64,000 nucleotides of DNA from a virus, in the IMG/VR virus record IMGVR_UViG_3300027970_002011, positions 15,585 through 79,584 of that record. One strand, 5' to 3'. Positions 32,170 to 42,555 of the stretch are shown here, one piece after another. Each line of letters starts with the position of its first letter. The stretch's first letter is position 1. Made by a program: the position numbers and the translations under genes. The notes beneath the pieces are model-generated. The model did not search any database, had not been told where the DNA came from, and was given only the letters and a program-made list of their open reading frames with translations.

Positions 32170-32991
32170 TTATTTATAAAGTTTATTGTCCAAGTTGGAC
32201 CCTTTTAAATATAAGGCTTTTTGGTCTTGTTGTAACTTATTTAGTTCGTTAATTTTACTTTTTAATTCAGAAATTTCAACATCTCTATCAATTACTTGTT
32301 GCCTAATTTTTTGTAGAGTCTCTTGAAGTTTATTTGTGTTATCGGGATTGTCGGTCTTTTGTTTAAGAATGTCTAAAGAATGTCTAAGTTCATCTAGTTC
32401 TTCATCTTTCTTAGACATTTTATAGTGGAAAATATTTTCGTTTTCTGTGGTTATAGTGGAAAATTCTCGCTCTTTATCGGTAATTTCACCCTCTTTAGTG
32501 GAAAATTTTCGTCTAAGTTCATCTAGTTCACTATCCTTTTTAGACATTCCATTTTCCAACTGTTGTATTTTTAACAACAGTTCATTTTCACTACTGTTGT
32601 CGTAAATTGTTACAATTTTTTCGACAGGAACCTCTTTGATAATTTCCTTGATAACTACTTTGTCAACGGGAACCTCTTTGATAACCTCAACCAATTTTTC
32701 AACGGTTACAACTTTTTCAACGGGGACCTCAACGTATTCAATCTTAACCACTTCTTTGATAACCTCAACAGGTATTTCCACCCGTTTTTCACGAATTACC
32801 TCTTTTTCCACCCATTTTTCTTGAATCCCACCCATATTTCCCAAAAGTCCATACTTTTCAATACGGTAACCTTGTTTGAATGAATCCTTTATTAAAGTAT
32901 CAATATCCAAACCGTTTAAAGCACAGAAGGATTCTAAGTCTTTTAACTCTTCCTTAGTTAATACTATTGCCTTCTGTACTCCAAAACTCAT
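32170..32991 (-). CDS. Coiled-coil protein with EVPVEKV repeats
   Basis: Several EVPVEKVV-type units; duplicated MSKKDxELDELR. Confidence 0.75.
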   Translation of the reverse strand: MSFGVQKAIVLTKEELKDLESFCALNGLDIDTLIKDSFKQGYRIEKYGLLGNMGGIQEKWVEKEVIREKRVEIPVEVIKEVVKIEYVEVPVEKVVTVEKLVEVIKEVPVDKVVIKEIIKEVPVEKIVTIYDNSSENELLLKIQQLENGMSKKDSELDELRRKFSTKEGEITDKEREFSTITTENENIFHYKMSKKDEELDELRHSLDILKQKTDNPDNTNKLQETLQKIRQQVIDRDVEISELKSKINELNKLQQDQKALYLKGSNLDNKLYK

Positions 32992-33770
32992 TAGACGTTT
33001 GCTAACTTTTCCTTACCCGTCTCTAAGTCTTCGTAAGAAGATATCTTGAATGACAAAAAAGGTTTTGGATTTGGCAAATCAACGAAGGTGTATTCATCGG
33101 ATTCCAAGTCATAAACACCATAACCATGCTTTGTAATACTTTCCCCAAAATTTTGTTGTACAGTTGAACCTATCATATATGCTTTCTTACCCCCTGGGAT
33201 ATCAAATACTTGACGTTTGTGAATATCACCGCAGAGTACCAAATCACACCCTTCAAACTTCGAAGCCTCAAAACCATCTTCAAATTTGTAACCAATGTCT
33301 GTTGAAAGCCCGATAACAGGTCCATGAAATAATCCAATCTTAACCCTATCAGTTTGAGGAATCTCAGGTTTAATGTTGTGGTCCATAAGCGAGTAAACCA
33401 CCCATTCAATGTTCTCATCTTCGTAAGAACCTCTGTTTTTATAGTATACAATGTTTTCATTCTTAAGTGAATCAATAATCGGAGACAAAGCATCCAACCT
33501 TGATTGGTTATTTTCAAGGAAGTCGTGATTACCAATAATTAGAATGGTTTTAGTAATTGATGCACATTCGGTTAAAATCCAAGCAACAAACTCTACCAAT
33601 TCAGGTGTCATTTGATTCTTTGAATGTACCAAATCACCAGTAAAAACAATACGGTCAGGTTTTAAAGCTTTCCACTCACTCAAAGCTTGTGTTAAGATTT
33701 GTTTATACAAGTCGTGGTCTTTAAATAGACGCACGTGTAAATCCGAAAAGTGAATTAATCTTTTTATCAT
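32991..33770 (-). CDS. SbcD/Mre11/gp47-like metallophosphoesterase nuclease
   Basis: SDLH, GDLVH, GNHD, GDIH; start placed at ATG 33770. Confidence 0.9.
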   Translation of the reverse strand: MIKRLIHFSDLHVRLFKDHDLYKQILTQALSEWKALKPDRIVFTGDLVHSKNQMTPELVEFVAWILTECASITKTILIIGNHDFLENNQSRLDALSPIIDSLKNENIVYYKNRGSYEDENIEWVVYSLMDHNIKPEIPQTDRVKIGLFHGPVIGLSTDIGYKFEDGFEASKFEGCDLVLCGDIHKRQVFDIPGGKKAYMIGSTVQQNFGESITKHGYGVYDLESDEYTFVDLPNPKPFLSFKISSYEDLETGKEKLANV

Positions 33771-33973
33771 TCTGGCATTGCAAATTCTGAGTTGATGTGA
33801 CCACAACTGTCACACTTATAGATTGGGAACGGCACAATTCCGTCGTTCATTGAACCAGTCATAAGTTTAGACACTTTTTTGAATTGGAATGCTTCAACAA
33901 AAGTGGTGTTTTCACACTGTTCACATTTAAGTGTTTCAGCGGTTTTTAGATTTATAGTTAATTTTTGTTCCAT
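33767..33973 (-). CDS. Small zinc-ribbon protein
   Basis: CEQC...CDSCG. Confidence 0.75.
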   Translation of the reverse strand: MEQKLTINLKTAETLKCEQCENTTFVEAFQFKKVSKLMTGSMNDGIVPFPIYKCDSCGHINSEFAMPE

Positions 33974-33977
33974 ATTA

Positions 33978-34850
33978 TTAGAAATTTTCAATTTTTGTTA
34001 TCATTTGTTTCATGACTTGCTCAATCATATTAATAACATTATCTTGGTTCTCACCATCGTGTCGTGTTACAATTTTCAAATCTTTTTTAAGTTCATCCAA
34101 ATCCAAATTTTTAATCAGTCCAATTTTCTTGTCAACATTATTCTTAGCCTTACGATATTGAAACCTATTAAGAGCCTCCACACGAAATATAAAAATGAAT
34201 TTAGACAAGTCTTCATATTCCCACCCGTTTTTGTTAACCAAATGGTCTTCAATCGCACTATCTATCTGATTGTATATTTGGACAGTACCACCAAGAGCAT
34301 TTTGAGTTTCCTCGGTAAAGAATGCCAATTTATTGTAATTACTATTCTTCTGCTCACCCTTTCTAATTAGATAAGCTAAGAAACCATTCTTAGAATATCT
34401 TACAAAAGAAAAGTTATCAGTTTTTGCCGCAGTACACCACTTTGTATTAGAACCATATTTTAAAGAACCTATTTTAGTTAAAGGCTCCAAAAACAAATAA
34501 TTCTTATCCTCATAGAGAATACGTATGTGTTCATCACGATTGAACTCAGAATCAAATTTTTTATTTCTAGCAGTTTCAACAACAGACAATAATGTTTGCC
34601 AAGATTTATATTTTTCATGATACAAATCTTTTTCTTCAATCAAATGAATGTATAATTCAAAATCTTTTACCGTATCAATAATTTCTCTACTAACATAGTT
34701 TAGATTTTCGTTTTTTCTATTGACCCACATACTACAAAAGTATCTCAAATACTTTGTGGTTTGAGTGTAGTCTGCATTGGAAAACTTATTAAACATCACC
34801 TTCCCAATCTGTGACTCATATTGTTGTCTTAATTCATCTCTCTTAGACAT
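33978..34850 (-). CDS. YG...TxWCT-motif phage protein
   Basis: GSLKYGSNTKWCTAA; shares motif with 14299..15630. Confidence 0.7.
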   Translation of the reverse strand: MSKRDELRQQYESQIGKVMFNKFSNADYTQTTKYLRYFCSMWVNRKNENLNYVSREIIDTVKDFELYIHLIEEKDLYHEKYKSWQTLLSVVETARNKKFDSEFNRDEHIRILYEDKNYLFLEPLTKIGSLKYGSNTKWCTAAKTDNFSFVRYSKNGFLAYLIRKGEQKNSNYNKLAFFTEETQNALGGTVQIYNQIDSAIEDHLVNKNGWEYEDLSKFIFIFRVEALNRFQYRKAKNNVDKKIGLIKNLDLDELKKDLKIVTRHDGENQDNVINMIEQVMKQMITKIENF

Positions 34851-34885
34851 AACTTAATTTTTTATAAAAAATACAAAACTTTTTT

Positions 34886-35746
34886 TTACTTACCAAGTAT
34901 TGTTTTCATATTCATGTTCATAATCGTTGACATAATATCTTTTGGAACTCGGAACTCTTGATAGGTCTCATCGTCCTTGAGTAATACCACAATACATCCC
35001 AGTAGTTTGATGTTCTCATATTTTGTCCCTTCCAACATCTTAACCAATAACTTACCGTAAAAAGGTAGTTGAAGATAGTAGTGACCCAATGCGTTGTTTG
35101 GGTATGAATCAAACGGAGCATACATTGATTTTGTAAACCTATTGGTTTCAAAGTTTTTTTCTTTATTTGTCTTCCAATCCGTAATCAACAAACCAAACTC
35201 ATCACCTTTAGCATTCGTAGTCAACCATACCTTGTCAGGTTGCCCTGTATATCCCAACTCAGGATGACCCAACACCATTTCCGTATCTAACAAAACCAAA
35301 CCTCGTTGTTCTGACAAATCAAGGTAATGTTTACCAGCACGAATCATGGAGTCACTTTTCGCTTGAGCAAAAATGTCACATTCAAAAACAGGTTGACGAA
35401 CTTCCTTATAACCCCCATTTCGGGCGATGGTCTCAGTTTCCAAATGAAAGTGAGTTCTACTTCCCAAGTTGGTGGATTCAAGTCCAAGTTGTTTCCACTC
35501 TTCCATCAAACGTTCGGATTCAATGTAATCACCACCAGCCTTTTTCAAAGCAGCTTCTTCAGTTGGGAACTCATCATAAAACTTCTTTAACACCTTTGAT
35601 ACTGATGGGAAGTTATCACGGACGTTACCATCCAAATCTTTCATCAAGTATTTGTGTTCATCTTCAAAGAACTCTAATCCAAATTCTTCTCGTTTCTTCT
35701 CAATAATCAAACGGATGTCTTCCGCAGTCTCGTTTAGGTTTATCAT
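34886..35746 (-). CDS. PD-(D/E)XK nuclease (exonuclease-like)
   Basis: PSVS, GSRTH, GQPD, DWKT, YYLQL. Confidence 0.85.
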   Translation of the reverse strand: MINLNETAEDIRLIIEKKREEFGLEFFEDEHKYLMKDLDGNVRDNFPSVSKVLKKFYDEFPTEEAALKKAGGDYIESERLMEEWKQLGLESTNLGSRTHFHLETETIARNGGYKEVRQPVFECDIFAQAKSDSMIRAGKHYLDLSEQRGLVLLDTEMVLGHPELGYTGQPDKVWLTTNAKGDEFGLLITDWKTNKEKNFETNRFTKSMYAPFDSYPNNALGHYYLQLPFYGKLLVKMLEGTKYENIKLLGCIVVLLKDDETYQEFRVPKDIMSTIMNMNMKTILGK

Positions 35747-36657
35747 TTTATTTCGTAGTAGTATTCGTCAATCTTGCCTTTTAAGTCACATACGTCCTTA
35801 TCCTTCGGCAATTTAAGGATTTTAATTTTATTATACAAGCGTCCACCATTTAAATTGTGATAGACTCTAAGTGCGTTCTCCCAAGCGTCACCATCCAAAC
35901 AAATATGAATATCACCCTGTACCTTTTCATATAGGGTGGTAAACAAATTCTCAGATAACATCTTTCCTAGCATAGGGATTGGGTTGGGTAAAAAGAAACC
36001 GTCAAACACACCTTCACAAAGATACACATCTTTTGTCCAATCTATTCTACTTTCGTTAAAAATAATTTCATCTTTTGGAACTGATGGGTTTTTGTATTTC
36101 ATTTTCTTTGGTGTCCACGCCCTGGCAATAAAGTAATTCAATTTGCCATCCATGTCATATGACGGAACAATAATCCTGTAGGCATAATCACCGGTAACTG
36201 TATATCCAATGTCGTATTTCTGAATTATCTCATCAGTGATACCACGAGAATAAAGATAGGTAATCGCCTCACGGTGTGGTATAAACCTTATGTTAGAGTC
36301 TTCAAACTTTTTATAACCTTCAGGGAGTCGTGCCCATACTTTTGGTTTTTCTCTAACAAACTCTTCAGATGGACGGATAAGTTCGTATGTCTTCTTTTGT
36401 TGTTTGGTTCCAAAATGGTCAAGTAACTTACCGAGGGGTCCTTGGGTTCCGTTAGTTTCGGAACAAGCCCAACATTTGTAAACCCCTCGGATGTAATTGA
36501 TTTCCAAGTTACCCTTACCATCAGACTCAAGACCCTTTTCTTGGGCACATACGGGACAGTCAAAAGATATCTGTCCCTTTGACTCATAGTGCTGTTTCTC
36601 ATTACCTAATACGTCAATGAGAAGTTCTACTATTACCTCGTTTTCTTGAGTCATCAT
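35743..36657 (-). CDS. DNA primase (Zn-binding + TOPRIM)
   Basis: CPVC...CWAC, KYKNP, CEGVFD, LDGDA, KDVCD. Confidence 0.88.
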   Translation of the reverse strand: MMTQENEVIVELLIDVLGNEKQHYESKGQISFDCPVCAQEKGLESDGKGNLEINYIRGVYKCWACSETNGTQGPLGKLLDHFGTKQQKKTYELIRPSEEFVREKPKVWARLPEGYKKFEDSNIRFIPHREAITYLYSRGITDEIIQKYDIGYTVTGDYAYRIIVPSYDMDGKLNYFIARAWTPKKMKYKNPSVPKDEIIFNESRIDWTKDVYLCEGVFDGFFLPNPIPMLGKMLSENLFTTLYEKVQGDIHICLDGDAWENALRVYHNLNGGRLYNKIKILKLPKDKDVCDLKGKIDEYYYEIK

Positions 36658-36679
36658 TTAAAGATAGTAAACTTCACTA

Positions 36680-37060
36680 TCAATTCCAAATAATATTTTT
36701 GATTTTGATTGTACCATACGATTTCACATCCAAACCAACAAGCTCACAAAATGACTCTACTGAATCTTCAAGTCTCCTTCTAAAAAATTTATTCAGTTTA
36801 ACCTTGGATATACCATTTTGACTAAGAATCTCACTACTTAACCAATTACTTCCACTACCCACACTAGCATAAATTTTACCTTCAAAAATTATGTCCACCT
36901 CATGAAAAAAAGGCGCCCAACTCCATTCGGTTTTGTACTTACGAACTTTTTTAATTTTAAGTTTACCATCGACATGACTGTTACTAACCATAACACCTCT
37001 TCTGTTTATTTTTTGAATCAGAGTGTTTAGTTTTTGGTCCTTAATGAGTTCTTTTTTCAT
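36680..37060 (-). CDS. Hypothetical protein
   Basis: 126-aa ORF. Confidence 0.7.
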   Translation of the reverse strand: MKKELIKDQKLNTLIQKINRRGVMVSNSHVDGKLKIKKVRKYKTEWSWAPFFHEVDIIFEGKIYASVGSGSNWLSSEILSQNGISKVKLNKFFRRRLEDSVESFCELVGLDVKSYGTIKIKNIIWN

Positions 37061-37064
37061 ACCT

Positions 37065-37096
37065 CAAAGGTATGCCAAGTTTGTTAAACTACCAAA
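37065..37096 (-). promoter_or_regulatory. Bacteroidota sigmaA-type promoter
   Basis: Minus strand TTTG-N20-TACCTTTG, 4 nt before the ATG at 37060. Confidence 0.7.
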
Positions 37097-37685
37097 TTTT
37101 TTCTGTATTCATATAACCAAGAACACAGGTATATGAATCGCTCATATCAAAATTTTCTTTCTTAAGTGTGTTGTTCTTAGTATAGAGCCAAGTAATTTGT
37201 GGTTCTTTTTTGGCAACTTGTTGCCAAATGATTTCTTTCTTGTCGGCGTTTTTGGGATACCCGCCAAATAAAACAAACTTGTTCTTATCGTTCTTTTGAA
37301 CTAATTCAGGAAATGCCGCCTTACGAGCATTGTAAGTTGAAATAAGTTCAGGTATAACACCCAACACATCCCAAACCTCTTTACAGATTAGAGTATTGTA
37401 TCTCATAAGAGTTCCTACAGTATAAACATTATTTGAGTTCAACAATGGTTCCTCAATAATAACTTTGGTAATACCAAAATCTTTATACTCAATTAATTTT
37501 TGACGAACAATTTCACTCTTACGAATTAGTTCTTCAATCTTATTTTCACTCTTTGGTTTTGGTACCGGTGATACGTGCGTTAATTCCAATAATTGTTGGG
37601 ATGGTATATCAAAAAGTGCAATACCGATTGTTTTAGTACTTACATCTAAACCAAGTACTTTTGGTGTGTTTTGGAATTTTGCCAT
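37089..37685 (-). CDS. RuvC-like Holliday junction resolvase
   Basis: LGLDVSTKTIG, IIEEP, DMSDS. Confidence 0.8.
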   Translation of the reverse strand: MAKFQNTPKVLGLDVSTKTIGIALFDIPSQQLLELTHVSPVPKPKSENKIEELIRKSEIVRQKLIEYKDFGITKVIIEEPLLNSNNVYTVGTLMRYNTLICKEVWDVLGVIPELISTYNARKAAFPELVQKNDKNKFVLFGGYPKNADKKEIIWQQVAKKEPQITWLYTKNNTLKKENFDMSDSYTCVLGYMNTEKIW

Positions 37686-37686
37686 A

Positions 37687-39876
37687 TTAAAAGTCTAACT
37701 TCACTACAAACTGTTGAATACCCTGTCTTTTAACGGGAGATTGTAGCTTAGAAATAACTATAAGGTCTTTGGCGGAATCGTAAAGTCCAATTTCCGTAAT
37801 ATATGGATTTGTACCTAACACATACGATGGATTTGATGAAGAAGTGAACTGATTTTGTCCCAAATTAATCAAATACTTCATTTCATAAATGGTTGCTTGA
37901 ATATCCGTTTCTAAATTACCATAGAAGAAATACTCATCACCAAAGTTCAAAACATTTGGTTCATTTAACTCAGGTAAGTCAATATAGTTTGCCAAGTTGT
38001 AAGTTGTTGCTCCTGTGTAATCTTCAAGTGATACTTGGAACACTTGACCTGTCACACCACTTACAGGAATAAATCCATTAACCAAAGTTATCTGACTTGT
38101 TACATCAATTTCTTTCCATGCAGTAGCACTTGGTTTTGTGTCACCCGATATTTTCTGAACCAACAACTTCATTGAAGTTGCGGTAAATCCTGTTAGTGGG
38201 TCTTCACCCATAAACGGAAACTCATCTCCGAATCTAACTGCAACATTCTGTGAAATTGTACCAACAGTTTTAATAGGTCCTGAAATCTTAGAGTAGTAAT
38301 TACAATGTAATGAGTCTGTGAATCCTGTGGTATCAAATCTATATGTTAACCATAGTTTATCAGCTTCGTTATTTAATATACCTGTAGATGTCTCATCAGT
38401 GAAACAAGAGTTTGGTGTTAATAAACTTAATTGTGGTGCGGGTAATGTCCAATTTCTATTTGCTTTATATGACATCGCAGCAATAACTTCCTCATCATCA
38501 ATAATCACAATTTCTTGGTCAGGGAAGACTTTACCAATACGATTCAAATTACCATTAGCATTTGCATTTAAATCATATAAATGATAGTATCTAATACCCG
38601 GGTCATTCATGTCAAGATTCTCAGTTGACTTTATGTATTGAGGATAACACAAGTCATAACCTGGAGGGTCAATATAAAACACTTCACCAATTGTAGTTCC
38701 TGTGGTTTTGTGCCACATCAATGTTGGAATTGTCAATTTAAAACTTCTTGCTAATCCTGGGTCAGTTGTTGGGTTCTGTGGGTCAAACGGATTTGTTGCA
38801 AATTTCTCACCATAAACATTATCAATAGATTGATTTGTGTAGTGAATAATTGCAATGGCTTTTTGTTCTCTTGGTTCAACAATAATTTTATCGTTAAATG
38901 AATTGTAGTAGAACGTAGAACTTGTATCAGTTTGACCACTATTTTGTTGGTAACCCAAATATTCTTTAGTCCCAATATAATCCACCGAACCATAATATGG
39001 ATATGACTCATAAATGTTTGAGAATACACCCGCAGGGCTTTCACTCCATGGAATATTCATATTCCAAATAGGTGTTATCTCACGTTGGGATACATCACAC
39101 GGACTTTCAAAATTAAATGAATCGTTTTGCCAATAAGGTGCCGGTGTTACAGTATCATACAACTGAGTCATTCCTGAAGGGTAAATTAAAACTCTACCAA
39201 TGGTTCCGCCAGGTAAACTTGAATAATCAGGTACCGACCTATCCAAAGTCAAATTCCAAGTTGTTGTTCCTGTAGTTCCTGTCGTAGGGTTTAAACTAAC
39301 AATTTGATAAGTTAAAATTGGTGATGTTGTGAATTCTCCAGTATTACTACCATTACCATCCAAATACATAACGATGATATCACCAATACTTGGTGTTCCT
39401 GATGTGGTCGCCGCAAAATCATAATTAATAGTTACACCACTTGTTTGACCCGTTAAGGTTCCCATATCAACAATATAATTTGATGTTACGGTATAGGCCG
39501 ATGAAGTTTGTGCTGAGAAGGGATATGATGAACCTGTGAAAAATCCTAAAGGCGATTGTGAATTGTAAATAGGTTCAACTTGAGCATCCATAAATGGAAT
39601 ACCATATGTGTTACCTGAAGTACCATCAACATATAACGGGTATTTAATATTTTGTTTGTTTGATTGTGGTGAACCGGTATCATTTTGAGCATTAAATGCC
39701 GGCATTAAAATACTATTATTTGTTAAATTATAATTCGGTACTGCAGTATAATTAACCTCACTATCACCGATTGAAAAATATGATACTACGAAATTACCCT
39801 GCGATATATTTCTTCTACCAACATCAGTGATTCTTGTGTTGATTAACCCCGCGGTATTTTTGATAATGTATGCCAT
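37687..39876 (-). CDS. Probable virion structural (baseplate/tail-associated) protein
   Basis: Beta-rich; TDVGRR...FSIGDSEVNY start and YITEIGLYD...LIVISKL end reminiscent of tail/baseplate proteins. Confidence 0.6.
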   Translation of the reverse strand: MAYIIKNTAGLINTRITDVGRRNISQGNFVVSYFSIGDSEVNYTAVPNYNLTNNSILMPAFNAQNDTGSPQSNKQNIKYPLYVDGTSGNTYGIPFMDAQVEPIYNSQSPLGFFTGSSYPFSAQTSSAYTVTSNYIVDMGTLTGQTSGVTINYDFAATTSGTPSIGDIIVMYLDGNGSNTGEFTTSPILTYQIVSLNPTTGTTGTTTWNLTLDRSVPDYSSLPGGTIGRVLIYPSGMTQLYDTVTPAPYWQNDSFNFESPCDVSQREITPIWNMNIPWSESPAGVFSNIYESYPYYGSVDYIGTKEYLGYQQNSGQTDTSSTFYYNSFNDKIIVEPREQKAIAIIHYTNQSIDNVYGEKFATNPFDPQNPTTDPGLARSFKLTIPTLMWHKTTGTTIGEVFYIDPPGYDLCYPQYIKSTENLDMNDPGIRYYHLYDLNANANGNLNRIGKVFPDQEIVIIDDEEVIAAMSYKANRNWTLPAPQLSLLTPNSCFTDETSTGILNNEADKLWLTYRFDTTGFTDSLHCNYYSKISGPIKTVGTISQNVAVRFGDEFPFMGEDPLTGFTATSMKLLVQKISGDTKPSATAWKEIDVTSQITLVNGFIPVSGVTGQVFQVSLEDYTGATTYNLANYIDLPELNEPNVLNFGDEYFFYGNLETDIQATIYEMKYLINLGQNQFTSSSNPSYVLGTNPYITEIGLYDSAKDLIVISKLQSPVKRQGIQQFVVKLDF

Positions 39877-39902
39877 CTATATTAAATACTTACAAAGAAA
39901 TT

Positions 39903-41900
39903 TTATACCCCACCGCCAGCTTGATTAGCCCCAAGAGCATGTTGCATTATTGCCGTTCCTTCACTATTCACAACTGAACAACAAATACATCCTGAGATAG
40001 ATTGATTTGTGGTTGATACTGTCACATTTTGTTTAATAACTGTTGAACATCCTTGGACATTTCTTGGTAGAGTAACTTCCATGTCAGATACTGATGTACC
40101 GCTAACAACATCATTATAACCCATCGTAATTGTTGTATAGGTTGAAACATCAACGGTTTGAGTTTGTGTATTTGGTGAACAATATGGTCTATTAGTTGTT
40201 GATGAACTTGATACTGGTGTAGTTGTTAATGTTGTGTTGTTTTTCTTAACCACATTTGTATAATCAATTATACCGTCACCAGGTCTTTGAACCAATTGGT
40301 CGTTATTAATTAACAAATCAAATGTGATTTGTGTACCTTGTGGGATTGGTGGTATAATATTAACCTTCCAAGTCATTGACTCTTGATTTACTCCAATTGG
40401 ATTTGATAGTTTCTGAACACCAATACTATAAGTTGTAACCGATGCTTGGTTTGCAACTGTTGTTACTTGAGAGTACTCATCACCATTTGAATCTTTTACC
40501 ACAACACTATAACTTCCACCACACAAATCAGAGAATATGTTTGATGTTTGGTATGTTGTTCCATTGTTAATAGAATATTGGTAAGGTCCTGTTCCTCCAA
40601 TCGGATTAATTAAGATTGAACCGTTACAAACTGCTTCACAGTCTGCCAAACTTGTAAGAATTTGTGCCGATAAGAATACCGCAGTTGCACATGATTCATC
40701 CTGAACACTAACAGTTGCAGGAATTTCTGAACCAACTGAATACCAACCACTCAATGGTGGTACTGTTGGTGATTGTGAGTTAAGTGTTCCACCATATGCT
40801 GTGTATCCACTCGTTACCCACACACCTTGAGTTGGGTTCCATACAACATTGTATCCTGAACCATTTGTCCATGATGGTTTACCATTGACAACACCATTTG
40901 GTGTAAATTCAATTTGAACAGGAACTTGTTCTTGCCAAATAATATTAAAACAAAGTGTTGGATAAACTGGTGATGGTGTTGGTGTATTTGTTGGTGTAAG
41001 TGTTGGCGTTGGTGTTGGTGACGGAACTATCATTGAACATGTTGTAGTCGCTGTAAAATCACCATAAAAATCAACAACAGTTACTGTGTATTCACCCCCA
41101 TCTAAATTAAATAGGTATGGTGTTTTTTGTCCACCCTCCCAAGTAATATTATAAGGAGCAGTTCCACCTGTTATTCTCAAATATAATTTTCCATCGTAAC
41201 TTGTTGAAGACGATGGGTTGGTTCCATAACATTCAACCCCAAGTGGAAACAATGTAATTACATCACAATTGTTCGCTAATTTTGTAAAGGATTGATTACT
41301 TGGAGTAATCGTTGGAGTAGGTGTTAAAGTTGGTGTGGGTGTTGGTGTCTTTGTATTTGTCGGTGTTGGTGTAAGAGTATTTGTTGCCGTTATTGAAGGT
41401 GTGGGTGTTGGTGTTACACAAGACGTTGACGCTGGTACCCCCAATTTAACAACACCGTTGTATGGCTTTGTGTAATCAAAAATAATTGCGGTTTCTTCTC
41501 CGTTTCCTTCTTGAAACACTCCACAACAATCATAATAATAGTATTGTCCTGTTGTATAACCTGAACCACAAACTATTAATGTTGGTGTTGGTGTGTGGTT
41601 TGGGGTTCTTGTTGGGAATGGACTTGGGGTAAACGAAGGTTCAGGAGTTTCCTCACAAGGATAAAGTAATATACCCTCAAAATTAATATAACCTGTTCCA
41701 CCATTTTCAATATAGACATCCTCAGAATCTGAGTAAGCACCGTTCTCTAAACAACCACAAACACTTGAAAATTGTCCCGCACCAATAACATGACTTTCAA
41801 GAGATAAGGTGGTACAATTATAGGTATAATAAATCTGATTTACATCAGAATTATTCCATACCATCCATCTAACACAAGTTGTACAAGCCATCAGGGACAA
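39903..41900 (-). CDS. Cys-rich structural protein with Thr-Pro linkers and SprB-like repeats
   Basis: [12 protein letters not shown]...GEYTVTVVD and [14 protein letters not shown]...GSYSVVVKD. Confidence 0.75.
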   Translation of the reverse strand: MSLMACTTCVRWMVWNNSDVNQIYYTYNCTTLSLESHVIGAGQFSSVCGCLENGAYSDSEDVYIENGGTGYINFEGILLYPCEETPEPSFTPSPFPTRTPNHTPTPTLIVCGSGYTTGQYYYYDCCGVFQEGNGEETAIIFDYTKPYNGVVKLGVPASTSCVTPTPTPSITATNTLTPTPTNTKTPTPTPTLTPTPTITPSNQSFTKLANNCDVITLFPLGVECYGTNPSSSTSYDGKLYLRITGGTAPYNITWEGGQKTPYLFNLDGGEYTVTVVDFYGDFTATTTCSMIVPSPTPTPTLTPTNTPTPSPVYPTLCFNIIWQEQVPVQIEFTPNGVVNGKPSWTNGSGYNVVWNPTQGVWVTSGYTAYGGTLNSQSPTVPPLSGWYSVGSEIPATVSVQDESCATAVFLSAQILTSLADCEAVCNGSILINPIGGTGPYQYSINNGTTYQTSNIFSDLCGGSYSVVVKDSNGDEYSQVTTVANQASVTTYSIGVQKLSNPIGVNQESMTWKVNIIPPIPQGTQITFDLLINNDQLVQRPGDGIIDYTNVVKKNNTTLTTTPVSSSSTTNRPYCSPNTQTQTVDVSTYTTITMGYNDVVSGTSVSDMEVTLPRNVQGCSTVIKQNVTVSTTNQSISGCICCSVVNSEGTAIMQHALGANQAGGGV

Positions 41901-42538
41901 ATAATAAAGTCAATTATGATTCCTGTTGAATCTATTTGTACCGCGTATGTATTAGCACCAAATGTCATTTTTCTCCACCTATTAATTTGATTTACCGGAT
42001 TGTATAAAACACCCCCAAGATTTGTTGAATAAACCTCCGCACCCAATACAGGTATTGTTGGTGTATCAACATAATAAGTATAGTATTGAGTCACCAAAAG
42101 TGAATCATCACAAACACCTGAAGAACCAACATATAAATTAGCACCTATGGTGTGTCCATAAACTAATGGAGTTGGAGTTGGAGTAGGTGTTTTAGTTGGC
42201 GTTGGAGTCGGTGATGCAACTACACTGGTTGATACAGTTGGTGTAACAGTTGGTGTCACCGTTTTAGTTGGTGTTGGAGTTGCCGTCTTAGTTGGTGTTG
42301 GCGTTTGTGTGGGCGTTGGAGTTGGTGTTATGGCAACTGTATGATAAACTATACAACCAGCAACGTCCACAACTTTAATTATAAAATTTTCTGTAGCATA
42401 TGTGTCATCAACTTCAAACACATATGGTGCATTTGCAACAGTTGAGACATAGGTACAACTACCACTTAAAGCATCACAAACATACACATCAAAAGGTGTG
42501 TTAGCTGTAATTGTAGTTATTTCTATATTAACTGGCAT
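41891..42538 (-). CDS. Thr-Pro-linker protein
   Basis: N-domain PFDVYVC...IKVVD..GC paralogous to 42556..43815. Confidence 0.75.
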   Translation of the reverse strand: MPVNIEITTITANTPFDVYVCDALSGSCTYVSTVANAPYVFEVDDTYATENFIIKVVDVAGCIVYHTVAITPTPTPTQTPTPTKTATPTPTKTVTPTVTPTVSTSVVASPTPTPTKTPTPTPTPLVYGHTIGANLYVGSSGVCDDSLLVTQYYTYYVDTPTIPVLGAEVYSTNLGGVLYNPVNQINRWRKMTFGANTYAVQIDSTGIIIDFIICP

Positions 42539-42555
42539 CAGTTATAAATAATATT

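Noticed and set aside
34886-35746. Cas4
   Set aside because: Lacks the four-Cys Fe-S motif and CRISPR context; ordinary phage PD-(D/E)XK nuclease
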